From: Paraspadella gotoi
Lineage: Eukaryota > Animalia > Chaetognatha
DNA: 64,000 bases
Assembly: GCA_051294375.1 (NCBI GenBank)
Contig: CM119269.1
Location: 17,284,265-17,348,264, forward strand
Direction: 5' to 3'
The notes below the pieces were generated by a model. The model saw only the letters and a program-made list of their open reading frames with translations. It searched no databases and was not told the origin of the DNA. Every line of letters starts with the position of its first letter. Position 1 is the stretch's first letter. Below are positions 38,766-49,631 of this stretch, piece after piece. Position numbers and translations under genes: made by a program.

Positions 38766-41096
38766 TTTCTTTTTTAATTATATGTAGCTTTTTTTTTTTA
38801 GTCGCTACCTCTTCTGATTCGTCCAAAAATGAGTTGAGCTCTGTAGCGGCTGAAAGTTTCGCTTTTTTCTCTCTCTCTTTATATTGAAAAAAATATTTTA
38901 TTTTATAATTTTATTTTAAACGGTTAGAAATTGGGTTAAGGGTGGTTAGGGATTAGGGGTGGTTAGTGTTAGGGGAGTTTTTGAAATAAAATTTGTAATA
39001 AAAGTTTTTTTACCCATACCAATGTCTTTTTTTTTATTTTTGCATAATGAGTTTTCTATACAACGCTCATAATAAGTGAAAAACAAATAACCGACCGCAA
39101 AATCCCGGTCGGCGAATGTTAAAATAAGCCTTATAATATTCTTTTATCCTTCACACATTTATTCATTCAATTTCTTCAATTTATATTCATACTTTTAAAT
39201 TCATTTATTCAATGCAATTTATTTATCTCAATTCTTTCATTTTTTGAAAATTAAATAAATTTAATTAATTAATTTTATTGGATTCATTGCATTCCTCTGA
39301 GGTGCATGTTTGCATGTGTTATCCTATAACATGAATGATTGTTTCGACCTATCTATTTCAGCGTAACGAAGACATCTCGACATCTCTCTGTTAAACTAAG
39401 CCAAGTTGTCTGGAAACAAGTGGAATCTTAAAATTGCCGTTGTCTGCGTATTAATTATTTTAAAAGGGTCCTCAAGTGCAGTCGCCAATAACGAGTCAAT
39501 TACAAGTCTAAGAATTAAAACATGGTGTACGTACAAGGTTACATGTTCTTTCATTCAATAAATATGCTGTCTTTCCCCTTACAAAAGTCATCCAATACTT
39601 ATTATATTATAAAACTTATAGCATAAAATCCATTGCTAACCATTTTAATATTCTTATCACACTGCTGACCAATTTAGTTTTTTAAGCTGTAATTGCATTA
39701 ATGGTTATCATTGACATTGCATCAGTTCAATAAAGATTTTTAAACCGCAAAAAATATTATTTTTAATTAAAAAAATTCAATTAATTAAAGTATTCATTCT
39801 GGTCCATCATTCGAGTAAGAGAATGTTTCATAAGTTTGAAAAAACAGAGAGAAAAAAAAGAAAAAAGAGAGAAATAGAGTGAGACAAAGAAAAAGAGATC
39901 GATATATTTTCATATAGAAAAATATATGAAAATCGATTTCTAGAATTTGGGAACTTTGTACCCTTCTCAAAAAAATATCTTTATATCCGTATCAATTTTT
40001 AATTAAAAATACGGTAGTAGTCTTTGAGAGACATTTCTCGTGTATCCTTAAACGTAGTAGACACTCATTCACGCTTTATAATCATCCGGACCGCAGACAG
40101 ATTTTTAAATTTATAATGCTATACTAATTATGTGCTTATCAGTGTGGCTGTCGAGACAGGAATCCGTTTTCTAACTTGTTTTAAATTCAAGTGATGTCTT
40201 TTATAAAAAGAATGTGAAACTGAGTACTAAAAAATTTGAGCTTCAGTATTTTGGGTATTTTTTTCTGTTTTTCCTTGATTGAATCTTAAAATGAAAACCT
40301 TATTGTGATCCGTGTTCAAATGTCCATGTCATGGGATGAGCTCATGTTAAAGCCCGATTTTTTTTTTTTTTTTTTGCAACATTCGATCCTGGTTGTAGGG
40401 ACTAAAAACCTTCGTCAACAAGGCTTCAGGTTTTGCTATGTTTATTTTTGGTTTGTTTGTTTCCGGTAAAGCCTGCACGTTTTGTTGCAGCTCTTAAATT
40501 TAATTTTCTAAATTTTAATGCTATTAATTTAATTTGCTAATACAAGATCATTGGGTATTTTTTTGGTTGTTAAATTTTTTTTGGTTGTTAAATTTTGCAA
40601 CTTGTTTCCAACTTCTTTTACTCCAATTGAGCGCTAATTTTTTAAACTTAAACTCGGGGTGTTCGTCCATTGGAGGCGAATTAATCCGATAACTTTACGG
40701 ATTTAACTTTTTTTTCTAAACTCGTTGATGGTATATAGTTTCAGGCGCAGAGTCGTAGATTAGGATTTAAAGAGGGATAGGTCTCGAGTTCGAGACCGAT
40801 TCAGTCTGTTTCGAAAAATTGTTGGATAACTAAGTATTATCTTCTTTCTCAACTCAACTCAAGCTAAACAAATAATGAACCAATTTGAAGGAAATTCGAA
40901 CCCGCTTACCAATCTAATTTCTAACTCTCTTTTAAGAAATCCTCCTGAATTGAAATCGAGGTTAGCCTAGATCATTCGCTTGTTCGACAACGACGACCGG
41001 CGCCAAACAAAATCTAGATGGGGAAAAATCGATTTTTCGGCGCTTTTTCTCGTCGGCGAGGCGTGCCGCTCTCGGCGCCTCAAAATCTCTCAAACG

Positions 41097-44000
41097 ATGA
41101 CGACGAGGATTCGGGTCTTGGTCGCTCTCCTTGCTGTCGCTTCCTTCACCCCCGCCGCTTGTCTCCGGACCCTCGCCGAAGTCGAGGCGGCCGTCCGTGC
41201 GCCCCGGGAAGGCAGCTTTCTTCTCTCCGCTCGAAGCGGCGGTCCCGTCGCCCTCTCTGCCACTTTTACGCTCGCTCACATCGTCGAACTCAACGAAAAG
41301 CGTCAGTATCTCGGAACGAGCTTCTCCCTCTTTCTCAACTGGACCGACCGTGACGTTGCTTGGGATGTGACGGCCACGCGGAACGTGACGAAGCTCCTAA
41401 TTCCGGCCAAGAGCGTGAGGATTCCGGATATCACGCTCAGTAATCACATGGACAGGGGTGAGTCGGAGAAAGTTGAAGTTGTGGCGGTATATTCACACCG
41501 CCTCACATCCATCTTCATTCAGCCAATCCCTTTGGCTCAGAACGCACCATCCCAAGCGTTGTGTTCCATCCAGTCCTAACGACTTCACTCTGCGTGTAAG
41601 AGATGATTATTCAATCTCATTTAAGATCATATTAAATAATCATCTCTTACATGCGTTGGCAAAGCGAGACTGTCCGAGGGTAACCATTCCTGTGACAGGA
41701 GTCGTGACAGAGTCGGAAGCCCAAAAAGCCAACAGTGAGATGCCCCATCCCAATGGGCATAACAGGCAACCCGGCTGTTGCCATAAGTGGTGAGCCCTTC
41801 TGTTGAACATGCAACCTTCTCAGGGAATGCTATGACAAACGCCTATGGCATATGCTATAGGCTATGCTATGCTATATACTATGCTATAGGCTAGGCTATG
41901 CCCTGCCAACTTTTGGTATGCTACAACAAACGCCTATGCCCTTGGGGTACGCTACGACAAACGCCTATGCCCCCACTACTTGCGCTCTCTCTCTCCCACT
42001 ATGGTAGCACTCTCGTCAGACACCTATCATGTCTTGGCCGGGGATCCTGTGGCGGTATAATCTTACCGCCTCACATCCATCTTTGTTCAACCAATCCGAT
42101 TGGCTCAGAGGGAGAACACGCCATGCCAAGTGTTGCATTCTAACCACAGTCCTAACAACTTCCCTCTAAGTTGGCAACGCGAGACCAACCTTGGGTAACC
42201 GCGCTAGTGACAGGAGTCGTCACTGATGGTCGGAAGATCCCAAAGCCAACAGTGAGATTCCCCATCCCAATGGGCATCACAGGCAACCCGGCTGTTGCCA
42301 TAAGTGGTGAGCCCTACTAGTATTAAATGAAAGATTTTTTTAAAAAATGTAAAAAATAGCGTAACAAGTTTGACCAAACAATGCCGGATCTGCCCACCGT
42401 CCGTTGCACACAAGGTCCCAAACTTCGGATCGGGCTGTAGTCCGTCACTTTAGGTGGGTTAGACGCCCCGTCCCGCTTTTACTTGTGTGAATAAGCAGGG
42501 CGCGAACCCGAGTCCTTTGAGTTGGGAGGAGCTTGTGCTACCTCCGGCGCCATAGGTGCTAATTAATTACAAATAATTAATAATTAATTAATGCAGCTTG
42601 AATTTACATTTAATATAAAAATAAAAAAAGCATAATCAAACAGTGAAATACATTGTTTGTTTTTTCCATTTTAACTCATTTCCACTTGGACGATTCCATC
42701 AAAACTTTATTTCCTGTTCAATCACACACTTTCCTACCCACACAAAAAATTTGATACCAATCTATCCATCAAATCACGAGTAATTGGTGTTTTTTTTCTC
42801 AGGTGGGACGGACAGACAGACAGACGGATGGACATCATTTTTTTTTTTTGCATAATTTATCCTAATTCGATGTTCTGGCATGATATAAGTAAATGCCTGA
42901 CAAGATTACAAGATTGGGGGGACGGACCGACCGACCGACAAAGTGAATTATAAAAAAAGTTTTGTTCTAACCGTAAATATTCAATCTCTCCTACTCCTAA
43001 AAGTTTATGGCTTCTGGGAGGACGGAGAATCCCCTGTGATTGTGGACAGTTCCGGCTCATTCTCGTGGGCGCCGACCTTCAACGGTCGCACGGTGTGTCG
43101 TCTCGGAGTTGAATTTTTTCCCTTCGACACGCAAGTATGCAAACTAGTCGTCGGCACCTGGTTCTCCGACCTTGACGCCCTATCTTTGCATCTACCGCGG
43201 CGCAAGGTTAGAAATTTCTTTTGACTTGTACGTTTAACTGAAAATATTTTAATATTCTATAAGCACTTGAATACATATATACAAAAAGCTTCATATTAGC
43301 AAATGATACGCCGTTTTTCGAGATGAGAAATCGGTTCCGCACAAACTACTCGAAGAAATTTGACAAAATTTGGCATGAAGGTAGACACTGGCTACAGAGG
43401 CGGCAAGAGGAATGGCGGGCCCCTCCAATGGCCCCCTGACCGAACGCCCACCCCCCCGCTCTCCATAATTTTAGTTTTTCGTTTTCAATTACCCACTTTC
43501 TGCCTTGACAATTGCTCTCGTGCTCAAACTTCTGCCTCCAGGTCTTATAACCTGGCATTGATTTTTCACTGAAACTTTTTATCGTCGCAATCGCTTTGCG
43601 TTTGCGACGATTTGGCTGTGGTTTTGCACATAAGTGGCGTCGTCGTCGTTGTCGTCGTCGTCGGCGTTCCAACTTATCGATCGCCTTTTTCATGATTAAA
43701 TTTGGGCGTATGAAGCTGAAAATTTATATACAGCTTCTCATCATCGAGGTCCTTGAAATTGGGTGAGGACAGTTATTAAATATGTTTTGTTTACGTTTTA
43801 TCAAAACAAACAAATTTCCTCTATTATTTTTAAGTCTCCTTCTCTCTCTCTTTTCTCTTTGAATTATATGTAGCTCTCTCTTTTCCCCAGGCTGATTCAT
43901 CGGGAAAAAAAACGAGTCTGCAGCTGCTTCTGCTGATTCGAAAACGATTCTCCTGCTGCTTCTTCTGCTGCCTTTAGATTTTTTTCTTTTTTTTTCCTGG

Positions 44001-47000
44001 CTGCCTCTGCTGCTGCCGCTGCTGATTCGTCCGAAAACGATTTGGCTTCTCGGTTCAATTGGGATTCCTCCCAACAGGATTCCTCTCACGCGGGATTCCT
44101 CTCACATGGGATTCCTCCCAATGGAATTGCTCCCACACGGGATTCCTTCCACGCGGGTTCCTCCCCACAGGATTCCTCCTCAAGGAATTCCTCTCACGCG
44201 GGATTCCTCTCACGCGGGATTCCTCCCACACGGGATTCCTCCCATGCGGGATTCTTTCCATATGGGTTTCCTCCCACGCGAGATTCCCCCCACATGCAGC
44301 AATAAAGTTAATCATAATTTAAGGGGAGGAATCCCATGTAGGAGGAATCCTGTGTGGGAGGAATCCCGCGTGGGAGGAATCATGTGGGAGGAATCCCATG
44401 TGGTAAGAATCCCGCATGGGAGAAATCGCGTGTGGGAGGAATCCCGCGAGGGAGGAATTCCATGGAGGAATCCTGCGTGGTAGGAATCTTGTGTGGGAGG
44501 AATCCTGTGTGGAAAGAATTCCGCGTGGGAGGAATCCTGCGTGGGAGGAATCCCGTGTGGGAGGAATCCCGTGTGGGAGGAATCCCGCGGGGGAGGAATT
44601 CCTTGGGGAAGAATTCCTTAGGGAGGAATCCCGTGTGGGAAGAATTCCTTGGGGAGGAATCCCGTGTGGGAAGAATTCCTTGGGGAGGAATACCGTGTGG
44701 GAGGAATCCCGTATAGGAGGAATCCCGCGTGGGAGGAATCCCGTATAGGAGGAATCCCGTGTGGGAGGAATCCAGTTGAGAGGATTCCCATGTGGGAGGA
44801 ATACCACAGCCACCGGCTTCTCTCTCTATCATTTTGCTATCGCAATATCGGGTTTTTATTTCGTTCTTTCTTTTTGTCACTCTTTTTTTTCTTTTTCTTT
44901 CTTTCCTTTCTATTCTTTCTTTCCTTTCTATTCTTTCTTTCCTTTCTATTCTTTCTTTCCTTTCTATTCTTTCTTTCCTTTCTATTCTTTCTTTCCTTTC
45001 TATTTTTTTCTCAAATTTGATTTTTTTTAATATCAAAATTTGTCGTCAATCCAGATTTTTCTTATGCGATTGCGACGATCCTTATGCTTTTAAGATTTTT
45101 TAAATAATATTTAATTTCTTTTATCAGCAGCCGTCAGAATTTTTAAAAACGAATTTAAAATAAAATTATGATTAATATATATAATTAATAAAATTATTAT
45201 TGTTTCGAATAGTTGTTCTATTCATCATCAGTGTAAAAACGAATTTGTGAATTACTAGTACTAAATTAGTTTAAAAAAAGATATATATCTGTATATAAAA
45301 AATATATATATCTGTATATTTTCAGAAGACAACACTAACGTCCCCATCCAAAACAAATAATATTATATTTAAATATTTAACACAAAAAATATTTTAACAA
45401 ATAAATTTATAAATAATAGTTATTTTCAAATCTAAAAAAAATAAAGATAATAAAACAAGTAATTTTGCAACTTTCATATGTATAAATTTTTATTTCAAAC
45501 AATTGCATTATCCTACTATACATACATAAATATGTTTCATTTTGTATAATAACTTTTCCAAAAGACAAGTAATTTGTTGGATTTGTGTCGTAATGATTAC
45601 GAGGGAAAACTAACATATTTGACATTTGTCTTTTGTTTTTACCAAGATTTTTTCTGGCCCTTATCGAAATATTACTTCTTTACGTATCTACCATATATGA
45701 TTATGAGATGATATAATTACAATAATTATAATATAACACGTATTCAAAATATATTATTCATTTCGGTTTTAACTTTTGGATTTAAAAGCCTTTTAATTTC
45801 AATATAGGTTCTTTAACACAATTTTTTTTAAAATTGAATTACTTTTAGTTGTCATCACTTATGTAAGTGATTTAATATTTTTGACTCGATAAACTAAAAA
45901 GAATGTATTTTCTTTAATATTATTTTTTTGTTTGATACTGTTCAAAACTTTAAATCCCCAGGTGGTCATGTATAAAGAAAAGTTTACCACGAACAGCCAG
46001 TGGAATTTGGAGGACAATTGTATTCGTCGATCCGTCCATGTGTACCAGACGATCCACGGGCAATATCCCGAAATGCACATCGTTCTGAAGATAAAAAGGA
46101 TTGGGACATTAGAAGTGCTGCAGCTTTTATTACCGGGTCAGTCAGTATGAAAAATGGCAGAAAATCCATAAAAATGCGCAAAGGCAGTTTTTTTGCAAAT
46201 AATATAACCTAAAAGATAACCGTTTTGATAATAACTCGAACGAACAAGCAATAAAAAAGATAATGATAAGGATAATAATTTTGACGACCGCTAAAATTAG
46301 AATAGCAAGCGAAGGGAGGGATTGAGGTATTGAGTCCATAACCAAACATAGCCCGTCTAATAAAGTTTAGAGTATTAAGTCAGGGGAAAGATACCCCGTG
46401 TCCGTTCGCGAGTGACACCAAAAAAATGCATACCAATTTTCAATGGATGAATATTTTTTACTGGATGTTTATTATAATATTTTTATTTCATAGAATTAAT
46501 CATTTGAAATCCTTTCTTTTCGTTGAGTTTGTGAAATAGAGCCAGTTTAAGTTAGTTTCAACGACGTGCTGACGAAGACTTGCAATAAAGTCGAAACATG
46601 TCCCGTCAATAATAATAAAATCGTTGTTGAAACTGGATCTATAAAATTAATTTTAAATTTACTTATGCAAAACAATCAAGTTTATCAAATTTCATCTTCA
46701 GTAAAAAACTGAATCTTTTAAATAAATTAATTACTCATTAATTACTTAAAATTATTGAAATTCATTTGCATTTTCATTCATTTTCATTTAAATGAAGCAT
46801 TAACTGGGAATCCTTACGATATAAAATAATTATTCAAGACAGTCAACTACATGGTCAGGACAGCATTTTATTCTAATTGGACGAATTGCACAAAAAAATA
46901 AAAAGAACAAAAAAATAAATCAAAAATCATTACTCAAAAATCTTTAAACATTATTTTAATTCAGATAAGCCATTAATAGACCATTAATAGGGATTTCTTA

Positions 47001-49631
47001 TGTAAAATTTTTCTTTAATGCAATCAAGAACACATCAAAAATTGTCTTTTTTCGCCAATTTTACTGTGTTAGATAAAAAATTAAGCATAGAATAATAAAT
47101 GATTGAACACTAAGTGAAACTTAAACATAAAAAAGTTCAGTAGTTCTCCAACTAATGATATAATTATGAATTGTAGTGATTAAATATTTAAAGTAAAGTA
47201 AAGATTTTTTTGGTGTCACTCGCGAACGGACACGGAGTAGCTTGTTTACTACTAAATGAATGAATAATTTTTATGTTGGTTGTTCCAAATTCATAACCAA
47301 TAACAACGTTAAGTGGACCTCCAGAGCGATCTTTAATTGCAAAAACTAAATAAACGCGGCTTCTGAGTATTTTCTTTAACTAGTTTAGTTTATACTACTT
47401 ACAATTTAAATAATAAATTTTATATGATTTGTAACGTTTTAGTTTAAACATTTATTTTGAATATGTATTATGTAAAAGTGTTGATGGGTAACTTTAATAT
47501 CGTTAAATTTGTACTCTTAGTTTTTATACTTTTTTGTAAAACCCTAAATATGTACAGGAAAAGCATGTCAAGCCTGAAAAACTAACTGCAGCACCAAACA
47601 CTATTATTATTAAGAAAAAGCATTTCTGTGAGTTCTTTGTTAAGATTATATGTTTTATTGTTTAAGTTAATAATTTTAAGGCTTATTTTTACATTCGACG
47701 ACCGAGATTTTGCGGTCGGTTATTGTTTTTGGCTTTTATGAGCGACGAATAGAAATATAAAAATCTCGGCTAAATTTTACTTTCACCGACCGCGGTTTTG
47801 GCGGCTTTTGAAAAACTACTTTAAAATACTTATTTTAAAAAAAAATTATTTAATTATTCTAACCTTAAACACTCTTAACCCTCACTACCCCTAACCACCC
47901 TTAACCACCCTTATATATAATTATATAATTTAATATATAATTTAATTTTTTTGTGGCCTTATTTGTTTGAGGTAAAAAATGAATTGTTTGTTTACGTATA
48001 ACGAGTTTTAGTAAGAAACAGATTTCAAACATGTTTTGGCTTCAATGTAAACCCTTCATCAGCGTCAAAACGAATTGATTTCTAAAATAAATATTTTCAC
48101 AAACTTTAAAGAGAGAGTCTGTAAAAATGTTTTACAAAAAAATTCGTTTTTGCGCTGATGAAGGCTTACATTAAAACCGAAACATGTCCAAAATTTATGT
48201 TTTTAATAAAACTCGTTCTACATAATTCATAAATAATTTATTTTCTGCCTCAAATATAAAAATAGCAATTAAAAATTTCCTAGGATTTCTTATATTCATC
48301 CAAATTTTCCTGGGATTCTGGCTTCCGCTGGATTCACCCGGAAAGCCCAGCCTCGGCATGACTGTCTTTTTGGCGGCAACCGTTCAAAGCGGCTTGGTGG
48401 ACGCTAAAACGCCAGCGACAAAACCTTTCCCTGTCATGGGAATTCTCTATTCTCTCAACATGATTATGGCAACTTTACAAGTTTTCTTCACAGTCTTCGT
48501 ACTCGTCGTTCGCTATCAAGGTTATAAGGACCCCGGCATGCAGTACTACAATAGGAATAAAAATTCAATTTTTGAATGCTTTTTACAGTATCGAATTAAC
48601 AGGAGTTTAATTAAAGCCCTGAACTTATGTTTTTAAAGATTTTTACTGATATGTTTGCCAATTTTTAAATCATTTAAAAATTCAATTCATATATTAACTA
48701 AAGAAAAATAATTTCCGATGTTTGATATTGTTTGTTGCTATTTATTTTTAAAAATGCTATAAAACTTCGAATCCGTATTGAAAGCACTTTCTCTCCATTT
48801 TTGACAAGGCAACCTCAAGACTGAAATGCCGTGGCGCCTCCGCCGCTTCCTCGACTCTGCCGCGGCCCTGCCGCTGATCGGCGTCAAGTCCGGCTGCCCG
48901 GCTGGTCGTCGTCGCCGCCGCAAGTTTTTTAAGACAAAGTTCGAGATCGAGGAGGAGCGTTTTTCGGAGGAGAGAGAGACGCAGCTGGCCGCTGTCCGGG
49001 CGCGCGGCTTTGGTTATATCCGGCCCGAAGATCTAGTTTACGTCATGGAGGAGGGAAGTGCAAGTCGCGTTATCATCCTTAGATAAAATTAGCATATGAT
49101 ATGTATTTGTAGTTTATTTTAAAATAAAATGTCTTAAGTAGCATAATGATTTAAGTTCGTATTATTTTTTGCTCAATTTCCCCCACAGGAGCAGAGACGT
49201 CTCCGCGCCTCCTACTTCCGCCTCCAGTCTCTCCACAACGCCCAAGAGCGCGCCATGGCGAGCGTGGACGCCACGACTCGCGAGGGTTTGCGAGCGGCCA
49301 GGGAGCGGTGGGTGGCAGCTGATCTTGCGGCCGCTTCGAAGAGCGAATGGGAGGCGCTGGCCCTCTATGCTGACCGCATCTTCTTCATCGCCTTCCTTGT
49401 TGTTTACGGAGTCGTGGTCAGTTCTTGCTTTATTATTACAGATAATTTCCAGCGCTCAAATTATAGGTTTTATTTTTAATGTCTCGAGCGAATAATTGTG
49501 AAGAGCTCGTTTACCAATTTCACCAGGTGCCTTCAGTTTTCGCTTCCGCTCTGCTCAGCGGAGAATCGCCTGTCAGATGCGACTACAGCACTTGTCGGTG
49601 CAGCGACGACAACGACCGAGTCAACATTTAA
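41097..49631 (+). CDS. Divergent non-alpha nicotinic-receptor-like Cys-loop ligand-gated ion channel subunit
   Basis: Exons 41097-41457, 43004-43206, 45962-46136, 48284-48520, 48809-49059, 49189-49416, 49527-49631. Signal peptide, WTD..VAWD, PDITLSN, Cys-loop CRLGVEFFPFDTQVC, M1-M3 (FWLPLDSPGKPSLGMTVFLAATV), EWEALALYADRIFF before M4. No vicinal Cys in loop C. Confidence 0.9.
41480..42320 (+). mobile_element. TRIM-like miniature LTR element, locus 1 (repeats 41480-41785 and 42048-42302)
   Basis: Two diverged direct repeats, each starting TGTGGCG and ending TTGCCATA, each followed by AG-TGGTGAGCCCT (PBS-like); G-rich TCTTGGCCGGGGATCC just before the second repeat. Confidence 0.55.
42340..42559 (-). 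mobile_element. tRNA-derived SINE
   Basis: The minus strand starts GCACCTATGGCGCCGGAGGTAGC (A-box-like) with GGGTTCGCGCCC (B-box-like); its 3' tail GTGGGCAGA..CGGCATTGTTTG.TCAAACTTGTT recurs at ~53008-53043. Confidence 0.6.
42580..42957 (-). mobile_element. HINE family 2 copy
   Basis: Reverse complement of the 28922 element: CCGACAAAGTGAATTATA, (GACG/GACA)n, CATTTCCACT..GATTCCATC. Confidence 0.65.
44051..44815. mobile_element. Foldback-type non-autonomous DNA element built of inverted 16-bp tandem arrays; 6-bp TSD GCTTCT
   Basis: Ends CGGT...ACCG flanked by GCTTCT (44045-44050 and 44816-44821); left arm (GGGATTCCTCCCACAC)n, right arm (GTGTGGGAGGAATCCC)n, short AT spacer at ~44301-44322. Confidence 0.8.
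44900..45003. repeat. 18-bp tandem repeat (TTCTTTCTTTCCTTTCTA)n
   Basis: About six direct copies. Confidence 0.9.
46394..47237. mobile_element. Tc1/mariner-type MITE, TA TSD
   Basis: TA|CCCCGTGTCCGTTCGCGAGTGACACCAAAAAAA ... TTTTTTTGGTGTCACTCGCGAACGGACACGGAG|TA (about 33-bp TIR, one mismatch). Confidence 0.85.
46555..46633 (+). ncRNA. Minimal type I hammerhead ribozyme motif (Penelope pLTR type)
   Basis: CTGACGA (46569) A-GACTT..AAGTC GAAA CATGTC, with palindromic ACATGT helix III; flanks GTTTCAACGACG and CGTTGTTGAAAC pair. Confidence 0.7.
47966..48254. mobile_element. Foldback of two inverted Penelope-like pLTR fragments with hammerhead motifs
   Basis: Imperfect ~120-bp inverted repeat; + strand CTGATGAAGG..CCGAAACATGTC at 48155-48188; minus copy at ~48028-48063 with GAAA mutated. 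Second copy at 62768-63018. Confidence 0.65.

Larger units (their letters stand above)
43581..45095 (+). mobile_element. HINE family 1 full copy with nested foldback element
   Basis: Same 5' hairpin/subTIR and 3' GCGATTGCGACGATCCTTATGCTTTTAAG end as 19186-19935. Confidence 0.7.

Noticed and set aside
40735-40810. tRNA-like B-box GAGTTCGAGACC
   Set aside because: No cloverleaf can be formed; at most a decayed SINE head.
42060-42080. Minus-strand GGATGTGAGGCG resembling the 7SK 5' end; hairpin+ACA suggesting an H/ACA RNA
   Set aside because: The 7SK GAUC-containing stem does not follow, and the ACA orientation is antisense to both host genes; better explained as the repeat terminus.
44042-45103. 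Many overlapping ORFs and a CRISPR-like look
   Set aside because: Products of 16-bp and 18-bp tandem repeats lacking stops; no unique spacers, no cas genes, eukaryotic context.
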